A stretch of 64,000 nt of DNA from Blasia pusilla (Eukaryota), in the NCBI GenBank assembly GCA_050084515.1, contig CM114271.1, positions 9,796,001-9,860,000 on the forward strand, written 5' to 3'. The notes beneath the pieces were generated by a model. That model was not told where the DNA came from. It ran no database searches and was given only the letters and a program-made list of their open reading frames with translations. A program made the position numbers and the translations under genes. Each line of letters starts with the position of its first letter. Position 1 is the stretch's first letter. Of the stretch, positions 1-12,310 are shown one piece after another.

Positions 1-560
1 GCTTTTTCAAGATGTTTTTTGAAGAATGCAACTCGTCGGACTCCGACGAGTTGTTCGACTGACCAAAGATTTAATAAGTTTTTGGCCCAAAGCAAACCGT
101 CAGAGTCCGACTGCTTGCTTGACTCGCCGCCTTTTCAGGATGTTTTTTGAAGAATGCAACTCGTCGAACTCCGACGAGTTGTTCGACTGACCGCATGTTT
201 AGTATGTTTTTTGCCCAAAGCAACCCATCGGAGTCCGACGGGTTGCTTGACTAGAAACTGTTTTTGGCCGAAATCAACTCGTCGGAGTCCGACGGGTTGC
301 ATTCGGAAGTTGGTTTAGCAAATTTCACGTCAAATTCCAAGTTTCCATTCAATTGCGCAACCTGTCAGACTCTGATGGGTTGCTATGTTCACGTTAGTAT
401 GTTCAATTGCACAACCCGTCGGAGTCCGACGGGTTGAAACCAGGCATTAGCAAATCTGAATGCAATCCGTCGGACTCCGACAGGTTGCATCATTTAGCTC
501 GTTCCTAGAATCCGACCTTGAGCTGTGACGACCCGTCAGAGTCCGACGGGTTGCAGGAAC
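1..560. repeat. Array of ~27-bp palindromes in cargo-gene intron (64-bp period at first)
   Basis: GCAAC(C/T)CGTCGGA-N-TCCGACG(G/A)GTTG-type units start at 28, 92, 156, 220 and continue; perfect 25-bp palindrome CAACCCGTCGGAGTCCGACGGGTTG at 412-436. Confidence 0.95.
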
Positions 561-598
561 CCATGTAATTTTCTGACAGGTTGAGTTTGGATGTGCAG

Positions 599-3500
599 GA
601 TTGTATTGGAGGGGAGTGTCACCCACCACTGGATCCAGGACTGCAATCGGGTGAAGAAGGTGCTTACGATGCACCCGGGAGAGCACAAGGGGTTCTTGGG
701 CGATGCCCTTGTAAATCAGATGCTTGCAAAGGGTGATCACATAAAAAAAGAAAACTTGGGCAAATAAGTTTATTTCCCAAGATGCAGCCGTAACCATCCT
801 TTTCTGGTCGAAGATACAAGCCGCGAAGAAGAGCGCCTGACCGAGCCGAGCGGAGGGAGAAAGTATCTGGGTCTGAGCGCGCGGAATTCATCCAAGCTGC
901 ATTATCTGCAGCCACGAAATACACGGCGAGCAAGATGCAACAATACATCAGCATTCTCAACCCCGAACTTGGTCCGGAGTTCTACAAGGAGCTGAAGGCG
1001 ATTATCAAGCGCCAGCGGAAAAGGGATGAAGATCTGCAAGGTCCGATTGGGGAGAAAGTCTCCCTGGATTGCGTGCATCGGTTTGCGTTGTCCGGCATAA
1101 GCGAGTTTAGGAGGATCCAACTGATGAAAATCAGTCTCGAGGGCACAGAGGCCCAGAAGAGGGCGGCACACCATCCTCCGGGTGTGTCCGATCCAGTGAT
1201 CTCCCACTGGCTACGCGAATGGTCATTGTGGGACGCGTTGCGGGTTATCGGGAAGTTTGTGCTGGACGGTCTGCAAGTGGAGCTCAAAAGATTAGAGCCC
1301 ATTCCGGATGAAGCAAACCTGGAAAGTTCTGTAGATTTCGAGGTTTGGCTCGATGACATCCAGGACAAGCCAATCAAAAACCCAGGATTCAAGACAATGT
1401 TCAAGGTTTGCGTCCTCCCTCAGGCAGAGCTTGACGAAGAAATCGAGGGGAACAAACGGGATCAAGCAAAGAAGAAGCGAGATCTACAGGTGCAGACGAC
1501 CGATTGAGTTCGAGTAAAAGCTGCTCAACGGATGGTCTTCAGGTACTTCGTCCAGTGTAAGAATGCAGGTACCTGGAGAAAATTACCGGCAGCCTTGAAG
1601 TTGTGGGCTTCGCCGCCTGATGGAGAGACATTCTCCATGTACGACATGGAGATGGGGCAACACATGTCTGATTGGGAGGTGGAGAATTGCCCCATTTGGC
1701 TTGACTTCAACGACCCTGAAGACATCATCGATAAGGATTTATGAGTGCTTCATGATGCAGTGGCCTCAGGACAAGACGACATCCCCAATTTTGTGTAGCC
1801 TGAAGACTTCTTCGGAGGAGATGCAGAAGAGCAAGCCCACGAGACAGTTGAGTTGGCTTCCAAGGTCCGCACAGCCAAAGACAAATCCACAATGGGTCTC
1901 AAAGGCAAGGCGAGGGGAGGGAAAAATTCCGAGGCCGAGTCTTCCCAAAGAGAGGCTGAAGATTCAAGGCCAGAGGTGGAATCGTCCGGGCGAGCGGGGA
2001 GAGAGGGTCGGACCATGTCCTCGGCGAAAAAAACCCCACCTGAGTCTAAGGTCATAGAGACCCCAACAAGCCGTCCGCACACTCGGGAGAAGCGGAAGCG
2101 AGAGGTGCCAGGGTTGTCCCAAGGAGAATACAGTCCATCACCCTTGGGAAGACACAGAAAAACAACGACCCGGACAAGCGTCCTCCTTCAGTTCACTCCT
2201 TTACTAGATGAGCTGAAAAGCTTTAGTTCTCAAGCGTCAACACCAGCCATCGATAAATTGACAACGCTAGGACGGAAGCTCCAACGAAACGGGCACGCTG
2301 CCTGGACGGTGAATGGAGTGGTCGAAGAGGTTGCGGTGGATCTCTTGATCGCTGATATGCCCTCGGGGTTGCGACTGTGGGGCAAGAATCCTTCGGACGG
2401 GGTACTTGAGTGGAATGTGCCACTCTCTTATGACCAAATCGCGCTATTGTTCTCCTTTGCAGATGCCTATTTGAGTGACAAGGGTTGCTTCTTGATGTTG
2501 ATTGGAGGGAGCGAGGACAAGCTCTTCGACCTACAGTGCATCAAGAGATCGCTAAAGTGGAGGACGGCGCAATCGTGGATCATAAAAAACGAGTACCCAC
2601 TCTGATCCGCGACGAGTCAGATTCGGGTAAGGCTCAATTCCTGTAGTATAATCTCAATTATATTTTCAAATTCGGTTAAGGCTCAATAAGTGTTAATCTC
2701 CGTTGTTTTTGTCCGTGAGCAACCCGTCGGAAGGCGACGGGTTGCTGGCTTAGAGCAGCCCATGCTCGGATGAGAGCAACCCGTCAGTTTCTGACGGGTT
2801 GCATCTTTCCCACATACACAGGGAAAACCGTGGTGTACCTGCAACCCGTCGAAACCCGACAGGTTGCAGTTGCTTTTGGTTTTTCCCTATGTTTCTGGAA
2901 AGCTGCAACCCGTCTGATAGCGACGGGTTGCTCTCAGCCGAGCATGGGCTGCTCTAGGCCAGCAACCCGTCGCCTTCCGACGGGTTGCTCACGAACAAAA
3001 ACAACGGAGAGCCCGATGGGTTGTTTTTAGTCCCTGACCAACCCGTCGGAAGGCGACGGGTTGGTCCGGGACAAAACAACCCGTCGAACTCTGATAGGTT
3101 GATCCAAAGTTAGTAATTGAAAAAGTTCTCAAGCCGACTTCTTTAGTTGCTGACATTGTTTCCAACGTGCTTCTTTACAGATGGACCACTCCTACGTGTA
3201 CTGCTTCGTTCGGCCCGAGCACAATTTCCAGGTGTTCAAGATCGAGGATCCTGTGGATCCATGCTCAGATGGGTACAACTTAGATAGTTTGTACAATTCC
3301 CCCCCGGGAATTTACATGCAAGACACTACCCCACTTCTGGGAAGAAGGGAAAAATCGCCTGCCCTGATGCAAACGCTCATCGAGCTCTGCTCAAGGCCGG
3401 GTGACTTGGTGTTCAACTTAGTGGGACTTTCAGGGGCAAGTATCAAAGGTGCCTGGCAGAGTGGCAGGAACATTCTCTGCCTCGAGGGAAGGCACGAACT

Positions 3501-3693
3501 GTTTCACCTTTGCAAGGAGGCAAAGGCAGAATACGAAAGGCTCGTTGGGGCGTACAACTCTCCACCAGAGCCGAGAGCTCCGATTCCAGACCCACCATTG
3601 GTTGTGACTCCATCGTCACTTCCAACGATTCCAAAAATCAGGAGGGCAAGGCCGAAAGTAATTTTGCAAGAGCTCTTGGACAATGACGAGTGA
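599..3693 (+). pseudogene. Cargo gene of copy A, last two exons (599-2626, 3181-3693): central region plus beta-class DNA amino-methyltransferase-like domain
   Basis: Acceptor TGTGCAG|G at 598, donor CGG|GTAAGG at 2627, acceptor TTTACAG|ATG at 3180. ORF pieces 935-1507, 1532-1744, 1853-2605, 3181-3693 are broken by stops. Motifs VDLLIADMPSG and EKSPALMQTLIELCSRPGDLVFNLVGLSGAS...GRNILCLE. Confidence 0.8.
2697..3010. repeat. ~314-bp foldback inverted repeat inside the last intron of copy A
   Basis: TCTCCGTTGTTTTTGTCCGTGAGCAACC at 2697 pairs with GGTTGCTCACGAACAAAAACAACGGAGA ending at 3010. Pairing continues inward to a central palindrome at ~2840-2868. Confidence 0.9.
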
Positions 3694-3749
3694 GTTCAAA
3701 GAACTCAACGACCTAGCTTGACTGGAGCGTTTGGAGTAGGGAGTTTTTT

Positions 3750-4857
3750 GATGATGAGGCAAAGATTTCATAGAATAGATCAAATGTAAAGTTCCGAGCT
3801 TTCTTCGGATGATATAAAGGAGATGATTCGAACGATGGTGGTGCTTGTAAAAGTTTGCTGAACATTTTTTATGTCTTTTCGAATGTGATTGTCTATGTAC
3901 TCCGCGGACTTCTATTTTGCAACCCGTCGGATTTCTCCTCCTTGCAACTTTTCACTTTTTGACGACAACACCTTTTTACCACTTCCAGGAAACCTGTCGG
4001 ATTCCGACAGGTTGCCTGATCGGACTCTTTCCGTGTTGGTCCAACTTAAGAGGCAGTCTGGCGGGCTTCTTCCCTTGGCACCTTCCCCTCAACTCGTAAA
4101 GGCAGGCGTAGGCTTCTTTTCTTCTCTCAAACGTGTTGGATTCCTACTACCTGTGCGATTGCCATAATGGTATTACCAAGGACGGAGCACATATTGATAC
4201 TGGATGGGTGTCACATTTCAGAGCGTACGAGGTATACTGCCGAGGAAGGCGGTGGGACTCAAATCAGGTTACATGGGACCGTTATGGCCTACCTAGGGGG
4301 GGGGGCCAAGGCTCTCGAATTCGCCAACATTTTTGATCCCCGTCTACAATCGGCCAGAGGAGCCACTTGTATCCCAGGACATTCCTTTTGTACTGTCACC
4401 GAGGAGAGTTAGGAGTAAATTTGTAGATGACGAGGCTGAAGAAATCATAGACTCGGTCAAATGTACATTTCCGAGGTTCCTTCAGAGGTAATAAAGGTCG
4501 AGATTTTTTCAACCGACAATGGTGTTTGTAAAATTTTGCTGGAAATTTTTTTGGGACTAGTGCATTGTGTTATTTTAGCTACTCGGAATTACAATTTTGC
4601 AACCCGTATGATTCCGACGGGTTGCAACTTTGAGCTTTTTTCCCATTGCAACTTTTTAACCCTTTCCAGGCAAGCTGTCGGATTCCGACAGGTTGGCTGC
4701 TTGAGTGATCGGACTCTTTCCCTATGAGACCAACTTCTGACGCATTGTGGCGGGCTTCTTAACTTTTGGCTCGTTCCCCTACATTCGTCAAACCAGTTGT
4801 AGGCTTCTTTTCTTGTCTAAGATGTGCAAGATTCCTACTACCTGTCGGATTGCCATT
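3750..4857 (+). repeat. Diverged ~420-bp direct duplication in the element 3' region (~3750-4165 and ~4425-4857)
   Basis: Both units run from ...GATGA(T/C)GAGGC...TCAAATGTA... to ...TTCCTACTACCTGT...GATTGCCAT. The same duplication is at ~25470-25878 / ~26135-26568. Confidence 0.8.
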
Positions 4858-5542
4858 TTGGATTCCCAACCTGTTAGATTGTCGTGGGTGCAGGGTGGAA
4901 GAAAATCACTTCTAAAAATCTTTCCTTTCTTATGGTGAGCTTTCTTACGGGTTGGGAGGGGTGCAACTTCTCCGTTTCTCAGATTTAGGATCTGAATGAA
5001 GGGACATCAGTTCCTCTTTACTCCAGACAGCTAACAATCTTTTGGTTCAATTATCCTCTAAAGTGTTCACATTTCACAAAGTTGGTCTTGAGCAGACACC
5101 ATTCATAACCAACAGAAAGTTGGTTATGGGGCAATTTTGGGGAGGCCATGATGCAGGCAACAATCCCTGCAAAAAGAGAGGTAGGCATCCGGGTGGTCCT
5201 CCAACAAAAATACCCATGGGCATTGTTTTTTGTAGACCGAGACAGGTAATGTTAAAAAACTTAGGCTCACATGGAGAGTGATGGAAAAATGTTTGTAGTG
5301 GTCTTATGATGTCTACTTTTTTTTCGCCCCCAGGAAAAAGGAGGTTTTTTTAGGGCCAAATGTGGACCACTACCTACTCTCTTCTAAAGATTTCATGAAT
5401 TTGAAAGCAAACAAAATTTTCAAATATGTCAAAAAGTTTTGAAGAGAGGAGGCGGATTTGGCCTTTTTTTTTTAAGAGAGACTCTCCTCTCTTCCTCTCT
5501 TCCTCTCCTCTCTTACTCTCTCCTGCTAGAATACCAGCTCCC

Positions 5543-8500
5543 CAAAATTTTTGGGGAATTCGAAATCCTTGGCCCCCCCCTAGGTAGACCATAACGGTCC
5601 CATGTAACCTGATTTGAGTCCCACCGCCTTCCTCCACAGTAAATCTTGTACGGTCTGCAAGGTGGCACCCATGCAGTATCAATATATGCTCCGTCCTTGG
5701 AAACCAATAAATCCCTACTCCAAAACGCTTCAGTCAAGCTGGATCCTTTAGTTCTTTGAACTCACTCGTCATCGTCCAAGAGCTCTTCCAGAATTATTGT
5801 CGGCCTTGCCCTCCCGATTTTTGGAATAGTGGGAAGTGACGATGGTGTCACTACCAATGGTGGGTCTAGATCCGGAGCTCTTGGATTTGGAGGAGAGTTG
5901 TCTGCTCCAACTAGCGTGTCGTAATTTTCCTTTGCCTCTTTGCAAAGGTCATAAAGTTCCTGCCTTCCCTCAAGGCAGAGAGTGTTCCTTCCACTCTACC
6001 ATGCGCCTCTAATACTTGCCCTTGATAGGCCCACTAAGTCAAACACCAAGTCACCCAGCCTTGAACAGAGCTCGATGAGCGTTTGCATCAAGGTAGGGGA
6101 CTTTCCCCTTCCTCCAAGTAAGGGGGTACTGTCCTGCATGTAAATTCCCGGGGGGTAATTGTATAAACTATCTAAGCTATACCCATCGGAGCATGGATCC
6201 ACAGGATCGAGGATCTTAAACACCTGGAAGTTGTGCTCGGGCCGAACAAAGCAATAAACATAGGAGTGGTCCATCTGTAAAGAAGCAGGTTGGAAACAAT
6301 GTCAGCAAAAAGAAAGAGCTACTTGACCGCTGGTCTACTCTCAATATGGTGACACAATGTGCAACACGTCCATAGTGCATTCTAGTCCCTGTTGATTACC
6401 AACCCATAAGAACTTGGCCTAAAGTCCTAATAGTAGAGCAACTTGTCGGAGTCAGACGAGTTTTTTTACAAGTGTGATTGTTTTTTTTTTGCCTTGAGCA
6501 ACCCATCGAAAGCCGATAGGTTGCTGCCTAAGAGCAATCCATGGTTGGCTAAGAGCAACCCGTCGCTTTCCAACGGGTTGCACTCACTCAATGGAGACTT
6601 GTGGTGAATTTGCAACCCGTCGCTTTCAGACGGATTGCAACACCGCAGCCACAAGCTCTTGTGATCCGACAGGTTGCATGCAAAGATGCAACCCGTTGGA
6701 GCATGACGGATTGAATTTGGATTAAGAGTCCTTACCCGGACTTGACTCGTCGCCGATCGGAGTGGATACTCGTTCTTGATGACCCATGATTGCGCCGTCC
6801 TCCACTTCAGCGACATCTTCACGTACTCAAGGTTGAAGAGCTCGTCCTCGCACCCTCCAGTCAAGACCAAGAAACAACCCCTGTCACTCAAATAAGCGTC
6901 CGCAAAAGAAAACAAGAGCGCAATCTGATCATAGGTAAGAGGTTTCGCTTGTGGGACAACAATCCGTCTGACACTGTCCCAGACGGATTGTTGTCCCACA
7001 AAGCGAAACCCAGAAGGAAAATTTGCGATGAGGAGATCCACCGCCACCTCCTCGACCACCCCATAGACCATCCAAGGAGCGTGTCCGTTTCGTTGAAGTT
7101 TTTGTCCCAGCATGGTCAATTTATCGATGGCGGGTGTCGACTCTTGGGAACTGAAACTTTGCAGATCATCCACAAGATTCGTGAAGTGAATGAGGACATT
7201 TGTCCTGGTCGTTGTTTCTCTATGTCTTCCCAAGGATGATGGAGTGTATTCCACATCCTTATCTGCTCCTTGGGACGAACCACGCGCCTCCCGCTTTCGC
7301 TTCTCCCGAGTCTGCGGTCCGCTTGTGGGGGTCTCTGTTACCTCAAACTCGACTGGAGTTTTCTTGGCGGAGGACTTGGTCCAGCCCTCTTGCCCCGCTC
7401 GCTCAAACGATTTCGCCTCTCGCCTTGAGGTCTTAGCCTCTTTTATGGAAGAGTCGGCCTCAGATTCTTCGATCCCCTCGCCTTTCCTTTCAGACCCGTT
7501 GTAGATTTTTCCTTGGTGGTGACTACCTTGGACACCAACTTCGTTGTCTCAAGGGCTTGCTCCTCCGCATCTCCTTCCAAAAAATCTTCAGGCTGCACGA
7601 AATTCAAAATATCGTCCCTACCTGCGACCAATGCATCATACACCAGGCGTAAATTTTTTTCGGTTAAGTCCTCAGGGTCGTTGAAGTTCAACCAGATTGG
7701 GCAATTGTCAACCTCCCAGTCGGACATGCCATGTGTCATCTCTATGTTGCACATGGAAAATGCCTCTCCATCAGGCGAAGAAACCCACAATTTGTAGGCT
7801 GCCGGTATTTTTTGTCAGGTACTTGCATTCTTACAATTGATGAGGTACATGTACACCATCCGTTGGGTAGCTCTTTTTCGAGATGAATCGATCGCATGCT
7901 CTTGAAGATCTTGCTTCTTCTTTGCGAAATCCCTTTTCTTGGCCTCAATTTCTTCATCCAGGTCTGCCTGGGGGAGGATGTGATTCTTGAACATCATCCT
8001 GAAGCCTCGGTTTTTTGTGGGCTTGTCTCGGATGTGATCAAGCCATAGTTCAAAATATTCTACACTCTCGAGGTTTGCTTCCTACAGAACTGGCTCTATC
8101 TTCTTCAACTCGGCTTGAAGACCCATGAGCATGGACTTCCCAAGAAGCTGTAACGCATCCCAGAATGACCATTCACGTAGCGAATGGGAGATCACTAGAT
8201 CAGAAACTCCCAGAGGATGGTGTGCCGCCCTCTTTTGGGCCTTTGTGCCCTCGAGACTAATTTTCATCAGTCGGATTCTCCTAAACTCGGAAATTCCAGA
8301 CAGTGCAATTCTGTGAACGCGGTCCAGAGACACTTTCTCGCCGATCCGACCCTGTGGATCTTCGTCTCTCTTCTGTTGGCGCTTGATTATCGCCTTGAGC
8401 TCCTTGTAGAATTTCGGGCCAAGTTCCGGGTTCAGAATGGCAATGTAGCGCTGCATCTTGCTTGCAGTGTACTTCGTAGCTGTAGATACTGCAGACTGGA

Positions 8501-8952
8501 TAAACTTTGCACGTTTAGACGCAAACACGTTCTCCCTTCGCTCCAATTCCAATGAAGCGCTCTTCTTGGCGGCTTGGATCTTCGACCAACAAAGGATTGC
8601 GATGGCTGCATCTTGGGAAATGAAGCTATTTTCCCAAGTCTTCTTTTTAATTTGAGCCCCCATCGCCAGCATCTTTTTTACCAGAGCGTCGCCCAAGAAC
8701 CCCTTGTACTCTGCCGGGTGCGTTGTAAGCACCTTTTTCACCTTGTCACAATCCTGGATCCAACGGTGGGTGACGTTCCCCTCGGATACAATCCTGCACA
8801 TCCAAACACACGCTAAGAATTATTGCAAGCTACAGGGTTCTTGCAACCCATCGGACTCCGATTGGTCGCGCAACACCTGGTGGTCAAAATGGTAGCACAG
8901 AGAAAAATATTGCAACCCGTCGGGGTCTGACGGCTCGCAACACTTTTTTTTC
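5543..8952 (-). pseudogene. Copy B: inverted internal fragment of the element, with the last two cargo-gene exons (MTase-like domain)
   Basis: Minus-strand ORFs 8082-8801, 7815-7997, 7443-7790, 6466-7254 and 5996-6274 are homologous to the cargo protein of copies A and C, with the same splice positions. Both sides abut termini of other copies. Confidence 0.85.
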
Positions 8953-10653
8953 GGGGGCTGGTATTATGGCAGGAGAGAGGAAGAGAGGAGAGTCTCTCTT
9001 AAAAAAAAAGGGCCAAATCCACCTCCTCTCTTCAAAAAATTTTGACATATTTGAAATTTTTGTTTGCTTTCAAATTCATGAAATCTTTAGAAGAGAGTAG
9101 GTAGTGGTCCACATTCGGGCCTAAAGAAACCTCCTTTTTCCAGGGGGCGAAAAAAAATTAGACATCATAAGACCACTACAAATATTTTTCCATCACTCTC
9201 CATATGAGCCTAAGTTTCTTAACATTGCCTGTCTCGGTCTACTATAAGCAGTGCCCATGGGTATTTTTGTTGGAGGACTACCCGGATGCGCATCGGTACG
9301 ATGCCAACCTCTCTTTTTGCAGGGATTGTTGCCTGCATCATGGCCTCCCCTGAATTGCCTCATAACCAACTTTCTGTTGGTTATGAAATCAGGTGCGTGC
9401 CTGGATCGGCCCAGTAGTGTTCTTGGATGCGGCGAGTGTAGGTTCTAGAGCCCATTGCCCGCATCTATGGTGGACCAACTTGGTGCCCCATGCGGTGTTA
9501 TGGAGGGCGTATGGGAGAGTGGAGCACCCCTCCCATTTGTTAGTGGATACCATTATGGATCCAGGTCGTCGATCACAGGCAGTGAGGCATGATGATCGAC
9601 CACCGTTGGATCGTGGGTCACCAGAGAGTAGGCGAGCGCGGGCGCCTTGCCCACGTTTGTGAGTTTTTCCGCTTCCTATGCATACAAGGAGGCCGGTCCT
9701 GGCTTGGTTTGGGATGACCAAGTTCAGCGGTTGGTGGAGCCCAACTCTTTTACTGCTGCTTGATTATGGCCTTCAACTCTTTGTAAAAGTCGGGGCCGAG
9801 CTCGGGGTAAAAGACGACGATGTACCGTTGCATCTTGTTGGCAAGGTCACCGCCGATATCGCAGTCTGAATGAACTTAGCTCTCTCATAAGCTGAAACAT
9901 TCCCTCTCCGCTCTAGCGCCAATGTCACGCTTCTTTTTGCTGCCTGGATTTTGAGGTAAGTTTTTTCTCTTGCAACCTATCGGAGTCCAACGGGTTGCAA
10001 GAGAAAAAAGTTCCCTGATCTTCTGACCCGTCAGAGTCCGAAGGGTTTCTAGGAAACTCAATAGAAAGCCAAATACAATTTGTCGGAGTCTGACGGATTG
10101 TAAATATCGAAGCGAGTTCTTCCTATTGCAACCCTTTGCCTTTCGATGGGTTGCTGCTATCGTTAACAATTGCTTCTAAGAACCAACCCGTCGGAGTCTG
10201 ACGAGTTGAAATCGGTTCATATTCGGGAAAAAAGTTTCAGGATACTTACATGTTCATGGAGTGCATGGCCATCTCCACCATGGCCATATGATTCGGGTAG
10301 GGATGGAGAACTACCGCCCTCACATAGAAATGAGCCTCAAAGGATTTTGGTCCCTCCGCTTCAAACTGAGACCATGCCATAAATCGATGGTTGCCGTCCT
10401 AGATGAAGAAGTACAAGTTCTCCATCCACTCGTCCAGGGTTCCTGCCACTGCTTTGCGGAACTCCACGTCTCTCAACCTACAAAAAGCATCAAGACTCTC
10501 CAGGTCTTCCTTGGTTACCAAAGATTGGGTTCCATGCTCATCATAAGGTTGAACATAGAAAGGTGGGAAGCTATCCATGTATGAAGCTGTTGCCACAAAC
10601 TGCTTCAACTTGTCAATGTCTTCCTTGAATTGGATTTCTCAAATGTATCCATC
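8953..10653 (-). mobile_element. Copy D: deleted/rearranged derivative (right terminus plus cargo exon fragments incl. ParB-region exon)
   Basis: GGGGGCTGGTATTATGGCAGGAGAGAGG terminus at 8953, ~440 bp of terminal sequence, exon fragment 9737-9955, palindrome intron 9970-10210, ParB-region exon fragment 10250-10653 (SYMDSFPPFYVQPY) with intact GTAAGT donor. Confidence 0.75.
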
Positions 10654-10842
10654 GTTCAAAGTCAGCAAAGAGGAATCCTCGAGGCATTGAGGCCATCCAC
10701 TAGTGCCATCTGTTTCATCACCTACGAGAATGTCACCACTGCAATTCCAATTTTCATAAGAATTGGAAGCAATGCGATGCAAAGAGAATTGTAGAACAAT
10801 GCTTACCCACTAAAAAATTGGGTCAGTGTCAAGTCCAACAAG

Positions 10843-12310
10843 ATGCTCTCGAGCCTCATGGACACGAGTGCGTTCCCCTGCATGTCTCATGTCACTTCCC
10901 AATCGGACAATGAGTCAATCTTGAATCCCTTTGGGGACTCAGGGGATGAGGATTCTACCAAACCAACCAAACCTGAACCCAAACCTCCCCCTTCCCAATG
11001 ATCTAGTCCGGGGCCTAGCAGCCAAATTCCCCCCATGGCCAATGCTAGGAAGATGCCGCTCCGGTATTCCACTTTGGCAAGAGGACAAAGGGATGACGTT
11101 GATAATTTTGTGCTCGAGTTTTCCCATGTGGCTAAGGCTAATGGGGAGAGCTCGGAGGAAGATTTGTTATGGGTATTCCCGATCCTTCTAAAGAAGTGAG
11201 CAAGCCATTGGTACGAGGGCCTAGGAGCTAAAGTCACCAAAACATGGAAGAGGGTATTGGAGGCCTTCCTTCATGACTTCCGAGACTTGGAGTTTGAGGA
11301 CATGCTTCTGAAAAAGCTTCCCGATTTAAGATGTAAGAAGAAGGAGACTCTTAGGGAATACACCCAAAGATTCCGAAGCCTAGTTAATAAACTAGAACAC
11401 ACCACTACCCCTCAGTCGGTAGATTGGTTTGTGTCTGGACTATCCAAGGAAATGGACCGGTACTGCCGCCGGGGCCAATGAGACTCGCTCGAAGCGGTCA
11501 TTGCATCTGCCAAGGCGTACGAAGCCTCTAAGAAATATGGCAAGACGCAAAGACGACATCACCAACGGCGAGGCACTTCGTAGACTAGTTCTTCGTCCGA
11601 GGACAAAGCGTCCTCTACGGACACCAAAGCTTCTATTGACGATACCACGCAGTGCTTGGACTCCAAAGAAGACTTAAAGTCCAAGCGGAAGAAAAAGACC
11701 AAATGCCACAACTCTTCCAAGGATGGGCGGAAAACTAGGTCTGCAAAGCATGTCACCTAGAAGTCTGTAAGTCCAGTATGAGGGACCGCGAAGAAGGCGG
11801 GGAGGTCAGCCATTGAGGAGTTAAGTAAACAAATGGCGGAGTTGAAGGTGCATCTGGCGGCCCAGAAGGACCCTAGAAGAAGACCAGGTCTTATGAGGCC
11901 GAACGTATGGTGCAGTTCCCACGGAAACCAAGGGCATACTTCCCATGAGTGTCACCTTCAGAGAGATCTACGTTGGATCCAGGAAGACCCAACTACAGAA
12001 GAAGGGTGGTATGAAGCCAAAAAATGGGAAGGTTGTTATGAAATTCAGGCCATGCTAGCCCCTAATCCCAAACGGAATTGGATCCCAAAGTATGTGCCTC
12101 CGGAATACGCGGAACAGAGACCCTTGAGATAGATAATGGGCCCTACGGCCTTCACGTCACAAGTAAAAACAAACTGTTGCTACAATTGTGGAGCAGCCGA
12201 CCACTAGGCCAACAATTGCCCAAACCCCAAGAGGCCAGTAGGACTCAATCCTTTGTGAGGGAATTGCAAGAAGGGCAGCACATCAGAGTGGAGTGCCGGA
12301 ACCAAGGTTT
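10843..12310 (+). pseudogene. Gypsy gag
   Basis: Capsid-like stretch (AFLHDFRD...ETLREYTQRFRSLVNKL) and zinc knuckles CSSHGNQGHTSHEC and CYNCGAADH*ANNC; many stops. Confidence 0.75.

Larger units (their letters stand above)
1..5542 (+). mobile_element. Copy A of the Mutator-like ParB/MTase element (3' part; left part lies upstream of the window)
   Basis: Colinear with 21730-27314: palindrome-rich intron, cargo exons, 3' duplicated block and the same terminus ...CCTGCTAGAATACCAGCTCCC (cf. ...CCTGCCAGAATACCAGCCCCC at 27314). Confidence 0.9.

Noticed and set aside
1-560. CRISPR-like look: ~27-bp palindromic repeats with ~37-bp spacers (also 21730-22310)
   Set aside because: Spacers are similar to one another, repeats are degenerate, arrays lie in spliceosomal introns, and there are no cas genes. 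This is a tandem palindrome array.
4167-4412. ORF MVLPRTEHILILDGCH... as the conserved downstream protein
   Set aside because: Comparison with the diverged copy at 42620-42750 favours the overlapping GRRWD/WDRYG frame (synonymous changes; stops only at Q/W codons).
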